A stretch of DNA of 57,906 nt, counting the filler, from Sphacelaria rigidula (lineage: Eukaryota), in the NCBI GenBank assembly GCA_964200075.2. It is 5 parts of 5 records of this genome, joined end to end, with 100 filler letters (N's around TTAATTAATTAA, not from the genome) between each part and the next. Parts side by side here need not be neighbours in the genome. Positions count along the whole stretch, not along the records: positions 11,606 to 23,106 come from CAXNAA020004856.1; positions 23,207 to 34,706 come from CAXNAA020004857.1; 3 more parts are not named here. The stretch is one strand, 5' to 3'. The notes beneath the pieces were generated by a model. That model was not told the origin of the DNA and made no database searches. It saw only the letters and a program-made list of their open reading frames with translations. The position numbers and the translations under genes were made by a program. Of this stretch, positions 11,606-24,349 are shown piece after piece. Numbering within the stretch: the stretch's first letter is position 1; the number at the start of each line of letters is the position of its first letter.

Positions 11606-12157
11606 GCCACGAAAACCGGTGAGAGGTAGCTCCCCCGAGTTGAACGGGGAGAGAAAAGAAAGAAAGAAAAAATAAAACAAACAAACAACAATTGTACTTC
11701 GTAGCAAATATCATACACGCTGTACACGAGACCCACTCATCCGTTGATCCCGATTGGAAGACGTGGGGTTTGTATTCCTCATCAGATACTTCATATTTTC
11801 TATACTTACACTGTACAATCATCTACACGGCGTTTGCGACGTGGTCGGAATGTAACACTCCCCCTGCTGAGAATACCCGGAATTATGGAGCCACCAAGAC
11901 ACGACCCAAGGTATACGGTGGTAGCACAGGACGATTCACAGTCCGAATACAGCACTACTCCCCAGGGAGCCTTGAGGCGGTCACCACCACACCCTGGATC
12001 AGATGGCATAGCCCTGAGGTTCCAGGTTGGGTTCTTCATGGAGATCGTCCGTGCCGACGTCTTCGTACCATTTCTCCGACCTGTTTTCATTAGCAAGAGT
12101 TACCCAAGTACACCAAAAGCAGTGGTTGGTTGCTGAACCGCATAGCATCCGAACTTG

Positions 12158-12401
12158 GAGTGATGGTGTACAAACATTTACTTAGGTTAGAAGTGATAGG
12201 AGCCCTTTATCTCGTCCAAAACACGACCCATGAAATATATGAGAGTACGTCAAGATTACCATTCCAATGTGCTTGGGATATCCCGAATGAATATGCAAAC
12301 GAGGATATCCTGACCCATATTCTCGTGCATCTAGAATCGCGAGGAGCCCCTGAACCAGACAAGATTTTGCGCAAAAAGTGCACCCCTGCCGTAGCATGGA
12401 C
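12158..12401 (+). mobile_element. MITE family B copy (diverged)
   Basis: Reverse-complement homolog of 14890-15118 (ctagaatcg.gaggagcccctgaaccagacaa..gtgcacccct.ccgtagcat). Confidence 0.8.
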
Positions 12402-12992
12402 GCTTGGCGTTTTTTTCCCGTCAGAAGTCGAAACGTTCTTTCGCTTCTTCTGTAACATTCAAATTGCGCAACCATCATCATCAATACTACCACCAAAACC
12501 ACGAACATAATGACGACGACCACCAAGAACAGCTGCAACAGTAGCAGTGGCAGCAGCAAGCAGCCCTTTCCCTGCAACTTTCCCTCCGATACCGCGTCTC
12601 ATTGAGCGAACTGGTTCAATAAAATATCGGCACTTGCTAGTTCCGCTGTTCGGTTACCACTTCTACGCTCTGAAGACGGAAGTTGTGTCCGCTGCACGTG
12701 CGCGAGACGCTCCGTTCCTCGTTTTCTTGCGATTTTACTGCAGAGAAACGGAAGATACTCGACTCGATTGTCCAGTTACCTTTGAGGGCCTGGGACTCTC
12801 GTATCACCACATCAAGGTGGAGCTTACTACTGTTGGATTAGTTTTTGCGGTTGGTGCTGAAACAATCACATCGATAGAGGAATGGCGACCAATCGAGATC
12901 CAGTAAGGTCTGCTGCACGTCAACTGCCAGTCATGTCCGATTGTACAATACTATGATCTATGAATGACACGGAGAAAAATGGTCTCCTCATT

Positions 12993-13263
12993 GAGTGGTG
13001 TCGCGATAGCACCCCCCCCCCTCCCCGCCCCTCCTGCACCCAAATCAGCCCGAAAACTGTCACGAAAAAAGTGGTCACACAGCGTATGATAGCCGATTTC
13101 ATTGCATGAAGCGCCCCATATGAAGGACATTGAAGAAAACGATGCCGAGCGTAGGACCTTCAAGATATTCGGTGTGCTCAGCTTTTGCCATCGTGGTTTT
13201 CCTTTAGCTTTGCCTTCTCAGACCCGTCATTTTTGTTAGGGGGGCTATCGCGCGGAATCCCTC
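12993..13263 (+). mobile_element. MITE family C copy
   Basis: Terminus gagtggtgtcgcgatagc; internal tgcatgaagcgccccatatg shared with 18368, 49218 and 51919 copies. Confidence 0.7.
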
Positions 13264-14889
13264 CACCGGCCATTTCGTAAAGAATGGGCAGCGACTGGTG
13301 AACCACCACGATCCAAGCAAGGGTGCACTCACCATGCCGACTTGTCTTCCTCCTCCCAGTCTCCCTGTTCAGATATACGGAGAATAGCAAACGGTAGACG
13401 GTGAAATGCGAGGGGGGCAGGGAGCAGGAAGAAAAAATGTTGTCAAGACCATCGACGAAACACGAACCTAATGTTCAGATGTGGCACATTCTTTTACTCC
13501 AAGCCTCTAGCGGGAGCAGGTTATTGACATCAAAAATGGCCGAGCCCATCCTTGTATACCCTCTGTCAGCGACGTTGGAGGACATCCACCTATCGGAGAG
13601 GATACGGGGGGAAACAATGCTTGATTCACCAGCGACAAGTCGTTGCACATACTTACGCGTTCGTCTGGGTGTTTCGTGTTAATGTCTGCCGGAGTGAAAA
13701 CGTGCCGTTGCTTTGCTCTTCACATGTGTTCGGTGATGTATTGGGGGTATCCACGGCCATGACTTGCACACTCATTTCGCGTTGTCGTTCCCGTGACTTA
13801 CTTAGTACACATCTTCCACCCATTACATAATCTACGCTATCTCCGGTAGCATGAAACGCAAGAGTGATCGGCAACTGAAGCTCGACAGGCAAAGGTCATA
13901 CTTCGTACGAGGCTGAGATCACGTGACGGACCGGGGAAAAAGCGTTTAGCAAGTGCAACATTTCTCCCTTGCGAGGGAGAGCATATATTTTCAAAAAACG
14001 AAATTCGAGAGTTTCGCCACACTGCACGATTTCTAGTCAATGTTAGCGGGAGGGGTTGTTGGGCTAACAAACGAAACGTCAGTAGACCTCCCGCAAAAAT
14101 TTCCAGCGTAAGGGCTTATCTTAACGAGACAAAAAAACCCAAGAAAAATGAGCGAGCAAGGCAGCTTGCCGGTGCATCGACCACGTCTTTCGGTCTTAAC
14201 AAGAACTCACAGAGCTGGTTTTCTGAAGCGTGGTGTTCCACTCGGCACTGAACGCAGTCGGGAACAGGTCTGTGTCTCTCAATGAGCGTGACTGGAACAC
14301 GTTATACCTACACAACCCAGCCCGAGCAAGCACACAGGCACCGCCCACAACACCAGTACATGACACCTGGCGCCAGAAATTGCTCATACTAACACAGTGC
14401 TGTTTGCTGTTTGTTGTGCGCTGCCCTTTCGGTATTGGAAGAGAGCCGGCCGTGTGTGTACCAGGAATTTTTGTCACGATGAAGTCCTTGACAGCTTGTG
14501 GGTGTGTTACACAGCGCCCGCCTGACATAAAATCATTGTGCCTTCTTCGATTTTGAGCCGATTTTCCCCGAGCCGAAAGCGACGTGCTCGGTTGATGAAT
14601 AAGTACGGCTCAAGCTATTTATTGTCTATCCTGGGACTGTGAGATCATGAGCTTATGTAAGCTTATGCCTTAGACCCGGGCTATGTGACAGATGTGTACA
14701 ATAGCAAGGGTCATTGCGCCGCTGGTGTACGTTGCCCTTCGTGGCGAACAGCCCGAAGAAGCCTTGGCGAATACAACGGTCAAACTTGAATAGCGTTTTC
14801 ACTCAATCGGGATTTTTTCGCAGACGATTGGTCACCTTCACATCGTCACTCCAGCGTTTGGGAGTCGGTAGGCGGTTGGAACAGAAGCA

Positions 14890-15118
14890 GAGCAATGCTA
14901 CGGTAGGGGTGCACTTCTGTCGCGAAATTTTGTCTGGTTCAGGGGCTCCTAACGATTCTAGACGCACAAGAATATGGGTCATCCCCGTTTGCAGATTCAT
15001 TCGGGATGTCCCTGGCGTACTCTCCATATTTTCACAAGTCGTATTTTGGATGAGATAAAGGGCTCCTAACAATTCTGACCTCAGAAAATGTTTGTGTACC
15101 CCTACCGTAGCATCACTC
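14890..15118 (-). mobile_element. MITE family B (GAG...CTC termini, 4-bp TSD)
   Basis: gagcaatgctacggtaggggtgcac ... gtacccctaccgtagcatcactc; TSD agca on both sides. Confidence 0.9.
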
Positions 15119-15687
15119 AGCAGGTCGTCCTCAGGACACATTTCCCAATTTCGTATTGTCGGAACGACATAGAGTAAAATCCCGTTTATCGGGGAAGGGG
15201 AGGGGAGGGGGGGGGGGTGCTGTGGACCACAGATGCCCCAAGGACACGGTTTTTCGGCTCCAGCATAATGAATATCGAGATATGGAAGAATAGAAGGCAT
15301 GTAATTATTCATGATAACGATCCGGATCGGTTCGGTCGCGAGATAAAATATCAATGAGCGAGAACAAGGGGCTGTACACTCGTAGGACTCCCGGAGGCCG
15401 ATGGACCCGTATCTCGTTCAAAAATAGTCGTGGATTACACATTTTTTCTCGAAACTCATGTCTCTCGATTCTGCAAGCTTGGTATCAGACAGAAACCGTG
15501 ATGAGCGGTGGCAACCGAAAAACCTGAAAAACACGCTTTCAATTGTTTTTTTGTTTTTGTTTAAAACTTTGACTACTTCATAGCCTGAGAAATGAAGAAA
15601 AAAAAGCTCCGGTTATCGTAACCAAAAAAAGGAGCGTGAAAGGAAACGAGTAACAATAGCCTTACGATGCTTGACCGTCGGATGAAT

Positions 15688-15780
15688 ATATGGTTGCGGC
15701 GTCTATTCAACATGCTGCTTTTGGATGCTTGTTTCCTTTCCAGCTTCGTTTTTGGTCTCGATCCAAGACACGGTTCTACT
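15688..15780 (+). repeat. Dispersed repeat family D segment
   Basis: tatggttgcggcg..aacatgctgcttttgga..gtctcgat..aagacacggt repeated at 16868-16960 and, more diverged, at about 17020-17105. Confidence 0.7.
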
Positions 15781-16050
15781 GAAGAAAACCCTGCCCCAGA
15801 CAAAAGCGCAGCCGTTTCTTTCCCTTGAGGGGGGTGATGTCGTAACAACCAATCAGATTGCTTCGTTTGCTCGTTTCTGTGTTCGTCTCGGCAACGCCGT
15901 GTCTTCCGCCGTGTCTCTCTCATCAAATTGTTTTCGACGCGAACGAATTGGTTCGGCGGAATTGAATTCGTTTGTTTGACTGCGTTTGGGTCCGAGTGAA
16001 TTTTCCCGCTTTCGATTGAAAAATACAGTGAAAATTCGCGAAGCGGTACC

Positions 16051-16375
16051 TGTTCACTTTTTGTCAGTACGGGCGGTACCGTACTGTCTGTACTGTCTAC
16101 TGGATACACAGTACAGTGCAGTGTGTGTGTCTTTCGCACAGCATGCAGGCATAATGTGAAAAAGAAGCGGGCAACGTAAAATACAGACAGCACAGGGCTG
16201 TCTGTAGTCTGCACACAGGAGGACGTGAGTAAGATTTGAACAGCGTGCAGTTTTGTACTGCCTCTACAGCCAATGAGCGTGTACGCACTTCGGTCGCCGG
16301 CCCCAACACGCAATTCCGTCGCTGGACCCTACCAGAAAGTTAGATGTCCAGATTTTCGCCGACAAAAAGTAAACA
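16051..16375. mobile_element. Putative small TIR element (TGT...ACA)
   Basis: tgttcactttttgtcag versus ccgacaaaaagtaaaca (15/17 inverted match); no TSD seen. Confidence 0.4.
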
Positions 16376-16765
16376 CATAATGCCGAGAGGGTGACAGTGT
16401 CTGTTTCTCCTTACTGCAGTGTATATATCCCTGTGCTCAACTCGTGATCTATGTTGTAGGGTTGGGTTGGTAGCTGCGAATGAACCATGTGGGGCTTGCA
16501 TGGTTCTGTGAAAGGGTGGTATCTGGCATGGTTGCCTGCAAGATGGGAGTCATGTGTGCCCTCGGTCTTTTCCGCCGCGTGTGTTCGACGGAAGAAGCTA
16601 CGTTTTTCTGTTTTTCACCCTGCCCGTCTCGCGCAAATAATTTCAAAGAGGACTTGAAGCCATCTGAGAACATAAATGCCGCGGACGTATCGATAGGACC
16701 TGTATACGATCAATTCGATTCCACCGCACGTTTTCAAGTTGATTTCTTTTGTAAGACACACGCCC

Positions 16766-17105
16766 TTAGGACCGTGTCTTATTGAGACAAAAAAAAGCAC
16801 GAAGAGGGACAAGCACGAAGAGAAACGAGGGTCTAAAGCAGAAAGTTGATTGAACACCGTGCAGATCTATGGTTGCGGCGACTTACTAACATGCTGCTTT
16901 TGGACGTTTGTTCCTCTTCGTGCTTGTTATTTTTGTCTCGATAAGTAAGACACGGTCTTATCGAGACCAAACAAGAAGTGCGAAAATACAGCATCTTGAT
17001 TAGTCGCCGCAGGCATAGATCCGCCCGGCGTCCAATCAACATGGTGCTCTAAATGCTTGTTCCCCTTCACGCTTATTTTTTGGTCTCAATCAGAAACGGC
17101 TTAAC
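16766..17105. repeat. Family D cluster with inverted ends (MITE-like)
   Basis: ggaccgtgtcttattgagacaaaaa is inverted relative to tttttgtctcgataagtaagacacggtc; a further partial copy follows. Confidence 0.6.
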
Positions 17106-18367
17106 ATAAGGTCTAACTTGGCATGGCGTGGCTTCTCTCGAAGTACTCATTGACTTGAACCACCCGCATCGTTTCGGTTGTTCTCAGACCATGTCTGTGC
17201 CACCTGAGCAGGTCTGTATAGACACGGTATACCACACTATTGTCTAGACATCTCACAATGCGCAGCACACACTGGCCGTCCAACTCTGACCTGCAGGAGC
17301 CCTGAACAGGTTCAGTGGGGTTCGATGTTCTGATAATTCGTAGCTCAAGCCGATGTTTCATCGCTAATGCGTTGATGGTGTTGTCTACAAATTTGTGCCT
17401 ACAGTAGTTTGTATATGGCGACAGGGCACGAACAGCTAATCCAAGTGTAGCTTCCCTTTCGTGATGCACATCTCCCCACTGCTGCTCTAGGATCCAGCTA
17501 CACTTCAGACAAGACGTTCTCTGTTGGTACTTGGCGACATGACTGTAAATAAAGTGACAATATTTCGTGTGAGAAGAAAACGCTCTTGATTGTAATATGA
17601 CTATGTTTCGCGTGTGCGCGAGGTTGTGATTTCCTCCGCCGATTGGGAGGGGGTTCGAATCTCGAAGACACCACCGCCCACCAGCGTGTACAGTGCTGAC
17701 TGGACATCAAACGCGCTCCCCACTCCGTTTACAGCACGCGAACCCCTCAACATGTGGGCCACACCAGCAGCAGTCCAGCCAACGCCAGAGGTATCTTGTA
17801 TCACTGGGCACACCGCAAAAGTCTCCACGGTCGTGGTTTTTATTTTGCCCAACTTATGCTGCCTCTACTCGCGTCGCAGCACGACGTCGTGCTGCGAATA
17901 AACCCCTTCCTTGCCTTGAGCTGACAGGATGAGAGCTTGGTCCTTTATTGTTATCGCGGTCAGAAATACGTCGGAACGTAAGTAAGTGGCACTGTCCGTG
18001 GAAAACAAATCACAGAGTAACAACGTAGCAACCCGTCTAATTGTCATGAATGAAATAAGCTACGCTGTTGCAAAAAGATGTCATTTTGCGCTCGGATATA
18101 ACTTTTGCATTCGGGAAGAATCGATGGCTTCTAGAAACTTCAACCGTGCTGGTACAAAATAGTACTGCAGGACCCATCCCTATTTTGAAATCAGCGGATC
18201 AACTATTTGTGATTGCTACGCGTCCCAAATCAACACGATGTCCCACCCCCGAAAATATGTATATTCAAATCGTGCAACACGCTCAGAGCCGCCGCCTGCC
18301 CATTACCTCTCCAGCTACATCGCTTCGTTCCTGCCACCGTTTCTTTTACGTCCACAGAAAAATCAAA

Positions 18368-18629
18368 GGGTGATGCCCCGATAGCCTCCCCCCATACCAG
18401 CCCCCCAAACGGCCAAAACGTAAATCCTTGTACAGGACACGATGTGCTCGTTTCAGACTGCATGAAGCACCTCGTATGGGCGATATTGGCGATAACGATC
18501 CCAACCGTGAGAGTGCCCAGCCGCTCGGTGTGCTTGGCTTTTGGATGTTTGATCTACACGTAGATTCTGCCTCCTCGAACCAGCCACTTCTCTGGGGAGG
18601 GGGGGGGAGGGGCCATCGCGACACCACTC
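18368..18629 (+). mobile_element. MITE family C copy
   Basis: gggtgatgccccgatagcc ... ggccatcgcgacaccactc; flanks caaa/aaaa. Confidence 0.75.
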
Positions 18630-18712
18630 AAAACAACACACACGCAACGAGACCAAATGGTCTCGAGTCATCGTGAGTTGAAGTTCCTCGTCACAGATTG
18701 AAGCCTGCGTAC

Positions 18713-18847
18713 CTCGCTATCGAAATGCGTTTCCGTGGTGGGTTCTCTCTCCGCACTGCGGAGCTGCCAGGCCTTCGTATACTTGGACTCGTCTTCCACC
18801 AGACACTCGTCGTTTTTCCAGCACAGCATCTTGTCCGTTTCGCTCAG
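18713..18847 (-). CDS. Exon 2 of putative plastid-targeted protein (LSETDKMLCWKNDECLVEDESKYTKAWQLRS...)
   Basis: aag acceptor, GAG|gtacgc donor, 45 open codons, phase 0 matching exon 1. Confidence 0.65.
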
Positions 18848-19311
18848 CTTTTTTTCGTGTTGCCATGAGCGCGAACAGTGAGATGAATTGCACCGAGTAC
18901 AAATTGCAGAAGGAAGAACAGACGGCGGAAGTGATCAACAATACTCGTAGACTGATCAACGTGCGGTTGTTACATATGGTCTGTATTTTAGAACACTACC
19001 CCACGCAGCAGCGATGTAAACTACAGAGAGTGCTGGACTTAGACACCAGATTCGTCGAACTCTCGACACAACAGCAGCAGCAGCAGGCGGAGGAACAGAA
19101 ATAAATTATTGGCCTTGGTAGTGGTGGTGGTGGGGGGGGTTACGGTTTTATTGAGCTGATCTTTGTCATGATATTATCAAACCAAGTTTGACCACGTTAG
19201 GTGTAGCCGTTATAGTAGAACGACCATGTGGTCTGCTCTGCAGTAGATACGCGCGAACCCAGTTACTGACAGTAGGCCGAAACATATGCATGTTCAGAGC
19301 AGTCTCCACAC

Positions 19312-19641
19312 CTTATACTCGTTGGGCTGATTCTTCTTATATTTCCCCCAGGACATCTCACTCCCCGCATCAAATACCGTGTACTCCTCCGCCTCCCCAG
19401 AATCATCATCGGGGGAGTTAGCCGCAGTGGTGACGCCTAGCTTCGTCGCCAACGCAGCACCGCCGCCTATAGTAGGCACCGGCAGGGGGTATCTTACTGA
19501 AGATTGAGCTGTAAAACCGTTGCGGCTGGGTATAATCGCGGGCAACATGAAAGCCGTGCACATTCTAGCGGCGCTAAAGCTCCAGCAGTACAGGGAAGCC
19601 GCAAGCAGAAGCCACAGTATGTTCGAAGTCTTGTGATCCAT
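19312..19641 (-). CDS. Exon 1 of putative plastid-targeted protein of unknown function
   Basis: MDHKTSNILWLLLAASLYCWSFSAARMCTAFMLP: hydrophobic signal peptide, A|F motif, then S/T/A/P-rich transit-like stretch; AAG|gtgtgg donor, 110 codons. Confidence 0.7.
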
Positions 19642-19860
19642 CGTGTGCTGCCCGTTTTGTAGCGTTGATCTAAATCGTTTGTCTCCTGCTCGTCGAAGGA
19701 TGCACATGTGTGGAGGCGGCCGCACTGGCTATATTTAATGGAAAATGACTAAACGAGTTTTCCACGCGGGCTCATATTTTGTATTTTGTATTTTTTGCTG
19801 GCGACTGATCCGTTAGGTAACCATCCGCCAGCAACATTTTACTGTCCGCGTGCTGGAGGT
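19642..19860. promoter_or_regulatory. Probable bidirectional promoter region
   Basis: 219 bp separate two divergent start codons; AT-rich ctatatttaa at about 19729. Confidence 0.45.
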
Positions 19861-19958
19861 ATGCTGTTGCCTAGGATGGCCACTCCTCTTGTGGCTAAAA
19901 TGACAACTCCTCTTGTAACGCTCTACTTTGTAAGGCACGGCGAGACAACGGGAAACAG
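19861..19958 (+). CDS. Exon 1 of histidine phosphatase superfamily (phosphoglycerate mutase-like) protein
   Basis: TLYFVRHGETTGN catalytic RHG motif; donor AG|gtgcag; start could alternatively be 19876 or 19900. Confidence 0.85.
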
Positions 19959-20453
19959 GTGCAGTGCGAGCCAGCTCCTGCATGTGGATATACCCAGGCC
20001 AAAGCATATACTGTATACATATATATAGGCACGGCGAGAACAGTCAGCACAACGGTATGACTGCTGATCTTGCAACGTACTCGCCCTGTGCCTCGGTTTG
20101 ATTCTGCAAAATAGCATATAGCTCCGTTCAACGTCTGCCGTACTCGTGTAGCCAATATTTCTCGCACTGTTGACTCATGTTTAACGTGCAGGTGTTTTGT
20201 TTTCGCTGCGCAATTCCGTACAACCCTGCTTCACGACGGCTGGTTCTTGCCGGCCTCATGCACAGGGACATCCATCTCACTTGTCACAGACAGTAGAGTA
20301 CAGCTCGTCGAAGGCAGGCACCGTCCCGCACTATAGCTGAAATGCAGTATAGTTAGGTGTTCCAGTAATATGCACGTCGCGACAAAACTCCCCGCCTCTG
20401 TTGTCTTCTCTTCATACCCCTCGTGCTGCCCTACATCAATCTACTCTCCAAAG

Positions 20454-20705
20454 GGACGGGGTACTCCAGGGACACCAAGACTACGATCTGACCACTCTTG
20501 GCGGTCGCCAAGCGGCCGTAACGGCGGACAGACTTCGAAACGTGAATTTCTGGCAGACGCACAGCTCAGATCTTGTACGGGCACGTCGCACTGCAGAGAT
20601 AATCTTGGCGGATGGTCATACGGACGAACCTGATTTGCGGACGAGCCCACTTCTTCGGGAGTTTTCTCTGGGGGTGCTGGAAGACTTGCCACGAGGCACT
20701 AGCAG
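20454..20705 (+). CDS. Exon 2 of histidine phosphatase/PGAM-like protein
   Basis: LQGHQDYDLTTLGGRQA, SSDLVRARRTAEII, LREFSLGVLE are branch-1 motifs; phase 2 matches exon 1; downstream exons not found in this contig. Confidence 0.9.
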
Positions 20706-20861
20706 GTGCGAAGGTGTTACTGATCCTGGATTCATGGGTTTGGATTCATGGGTTTGGGTTTGCGCACCCACACATACCGGAAGGTGTAGACCGTCGTCCA
20801 CGATAGATGGGACGACAACATACACACAAACACAACACAACAACACAACACACACCATTCA

Positions 20862-21160
20862 GCAAGCGCAATGTGTACGGACGGTCTTGCCGCATCTCAC
20901 AGCTCCAACTTGACAGGAGTCGCAATTTGCAGACAGTTTAATATTTCATATCTCAAAACGCATGCAAAGGGAGGTTTATAGATGGAACTATCCAATCTGC
21001 GAATGCACTACCTTATCATACCCTTCGATTTATTAATAGCAAGCGAAATAAGGTGTACGGATGGTCTTGCCGCATCTCACAGTTCATGAGTTGAGAGGAC
21101 TTGCAAATTGCAGACGCTTCAATACTTCACGTCACAGAACGCATGCAACAAGGGAGAGGT
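20862..21160 (+). repeat. Imperfect direct duplication of about 115 bp (intronic)
   Basis: gtgtacgga.ggtcttgccgcatctcacag ... aacgcatgcaa occurs at about 20873 and 21054. Confidence 0.85.
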
Positions 21161-22379
21161 GTGTAGGTGGGGGGGAAAAACTCGTAACCAATAAACTCTT
21201 GAAATTAAGAGGGGGTACAAACAGCCCGATATCACCCAAGAGTCGAGAAAAAAGAGGAGTGTGGTGTGTAATTTAATCAGCCTCCGTACTTCGACTCATC
21301 TCCTTAGCGGCCTTTGTAATACAGCCGTCAAAAAGCGATAGATCCACAGGCGTTGAACATGAAGCTCAACTCGCGAACTGGTATCATGTTATATGTTGCT
21401 CGGTACCCCAAATGACCGGTGACGTTACACTATGGGTTGACGCCTCTTCAACCTGCCGCCAGAGTAAAGAGCAAGGCTGTAGGCAAGGGTCGTTGATTCC
21501 AGATCGGACCTCCCCATTTGCACTCCAAAGAATCATCCGGTCACATCCACGCGGATATTTTGGCCTGGATCTTTGAGTTTTAACACTTGCGGTCCACCAC
21601 CGGAAATCGCGGACCATTTACCGATGAATGTATGTTGATTTCATCTGTTTGACCTCGTGATACGGTAGGAAGTTCATCCTACTGACTTGAACGCATGCTC
21701 AAGCGCTAAAAACAGCGCCGGTCTTGATCCCTGAGCCATCGACAGTTGAAGTTGGACGAAAACAGTACCTGAGACACGCGCTGTCAGCGAATGGTATGAG
21801 AGTAGGAGATGACCAAACCGACCAACATCGCAAGCACTTGCCCTCAGTGATTGGAACGATTACGTTTGTAAGGAACTTTACCGAATCTCGTATAGGTGAC
21901 TGCGCAGCGCTAAACGTTGGAAGCCTGAACATGATGCAGCCTTGCAGAACACAACGGTTTTTGACGAGCACACTGATACTCAATTTCCCAGAATTTTCTA
22001 AGCCATCTAACCAGATGCGTGAAAGGGAGAGACCGGCTGGATTTCGATCCAATAGAAGGCGACGAGGTGTGATCATAACATATTTCTGCAAACGTTTGAA
22101 CCACGCTCAGCGGTAGTACTCTACATGTGGAAGAGGTTACGAAGGCTAATACACAGGGGCAACTTGGGAATAAAACAGGGCAAGATAAGGTGTTCAGTGG
22201 GAGGCATCATCACCTGGGCATCGTCCCCCAAGCTGCTTTTGTAAGCAAGACGTCTCTGCAGAATGATGAAAAGCACAGATCCAATTTTTTGCCCCCAAGC
22301 TCGACATAATTCTAGTCTTTCTTCATGTATTCGTTAGCCCGCTATCCTAGGAAGCCGGCAACGTTGCAACCTGCATCAG

Positions 22380-22910
22380 TGAGGGTGCAGGTTTCCGCAA
22401 GAGTAAACGGAACGGAGGTCCCGGCCATAACCATTTAGACTGCTTCTGATCTCCTGATCATCGCTTTGAAGTTCATCCGTTCACATCCCACATTGAGCGA
22501 GGAGGACATTCAATCGGTCCTACCGCGTTTTATTGATCTAAGAAGCGCCGACGGGTCACCAATCACGATAGAGGGATTTATTCGCTTTGACCTCACGCTA
22601 GGTGACATAACCATGCCCGTAAAATATTTATTCTCAGGAATCTCGGTCCGGATCTCATGCTGATGGAGAAATCAGCGATGAGCGCATTTGGAGGGATTCT
22701 CGATTGGCAGACAGAAACTTTGACGTTTCGTAGTTCAACAGTTAGCCTCACAGCTACTTACAGAAGAAAAGACAGAAAAGTTCATCCGACGTGTTCGGAA
22801 AATGACTATTGTTCTGTCATACGGGTAGTATCGGTTGAAAATGTACCAGTGTACCACTCAAAGAGGTGCTCCATCCCGCCTCGAAGTGAGATGACTACCG
22901 TAAATGACAC
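22380..22910 (+). mobile_element. Degraded Ty3/gypsy-like LTR retrotransposon protease region
   Basis: LRSADGSPITIEGFIRFDLTLG and NLGPDLML..SAFGGILDWQTETLTF resemble a retropepsin C-terminal half; frameshifted. Confidence 0.55.
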
Positions 22911-22917
22911 AATATAA

Positions 22918-23106
22918 GACACCCCGGTGATAACATTTTGAGGTTTGAAAATATTATCACCGGGTGTGTTATACTGTGGGGGGTGTGATATATTGTGTAC
23001 CCCCGGTGATAAAGTGCAGCTCGCATCGGTCCCAAGGGGGTGTGATAAATATGGGGGTGTGATAGCGCGTCCGAACACCCACAGCGTGTGTTTGGGGGTG
23101 TGATAA
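22918..23106. repeat. Repeated gggtgtgata/ccccggtgata motif cluster truncated at contig end
   Basis: About six direct and inverted copies of the motif. Confidence 0.6.
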
Positions 23107-23206
23107 NNNNNNNNNNNNNNNNNNNNNNNNNNNNNNNNNNNNNNNNNNNNTTAATTAATTAANNNNNNNNNNNNNNNNNNNNNNNNNNNNNNNNNNNNNN
23201 NNNNNN
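23107..23206. other. Artificial contig spacer
   Basis: N44-TTAATTAATTAA-N44. Confidence 0.98.
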
Positions 23207-24349
23207 GTCAATGGTCTAATGACTATGGCATCCATGATCATGAGTACACCCCCCCCTCCCGGGCCCTCCCGGGGGCGCCTATTTTCATCGTCAAATGCGG
23301 TTCGAGTCCCGGCATGACCGATTGTGGAAGGAAAGTTTGACATGTGAACAGCGAAGCTTGCGAGGGGCAGGGACCTCCGGAGATCACTCATGCGTCACGC
23401 CGGGACGAACCATACAACATTTCTCGTATTCAAGAAGCGGAGAGTGAAACTCTTCGCTTCTTGACCACCTTGTGCCACCAGGTACCCCCCCGCCCATATC
23501 TGACCTCACCAATGTAGTCTATTCACCAACATGCGTCATTTGCCCAATTTCGGTCTCTCAGTGAATTTTCTAACCTCTTGACCGCGGGAGTCGGTCATCT
23601 GGGACGCATTAATTTTTCACGTGAAATTGATGCCGAACTCAACAGATGACCTGTTCTGGCGGGTGTAAGGATTCATATATTGAAAATCAAAATCTCGATA
23701 ACGTGCCTGGATTACGGCGGATGCACCCCCAGGGTACTCGTATTTTGCTGGGTTGTTTCGTGTGCGTGTAACCACTTGGAATACATATACGTACTTCATA
23801 TTCCAAATGCCCGGGCTGCTACAGTCAACCTACCGACTTGTGAACATGCACAATGTACCCGGGCCATACAGGTGAGCAGGTGAGGAATAGTAAACACTGT
23901 TTCCTGCATACTTGATCCGGATCTTAAGGGTGCGAGACACTGTTTCGTGTATGCTAGATTTAGATTCCACGGGTAAGGGGTAGCTTTTGGTATACATGAG
24001 ATTCAAATGCGCGCGGGTCGACGAGAAGCTGCTGCGTTTGTCTGAGCCGAGTGATATAGACGACAACTATGTGATGTTGTACAGATGACGCAGTTATGCA
24101 GAGATCAGTTGTACACGAAAGTGTTTGTGAAGCGGGTCGTACAGCTCGTCGCTCAGCAAAAATGTACGGGTCAAGCGGGTCTTACAGATTACCGTCGGAC
24201 AAGCGAGCACGGGTGACAGCACACCTTGAAGAGATGACGATCTATGCCCCAAATGAGCCGACCCGGGTTTGCCACGAGCTGCTATGTTCGACGTGTGCAA
24301 CCTTGCGTGCAAAACCACAGGTTTCTGGGAATCCGGTCCCGAAAGGGGT

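Noticed and set aside
17840..17925. LKARKGFIR peptide as a second DGAT2 fragment
   Set aside because: No other DGAT2 blocks nearby; it may instead be the last exon of the plastid-candidate gene, which is unresolved.
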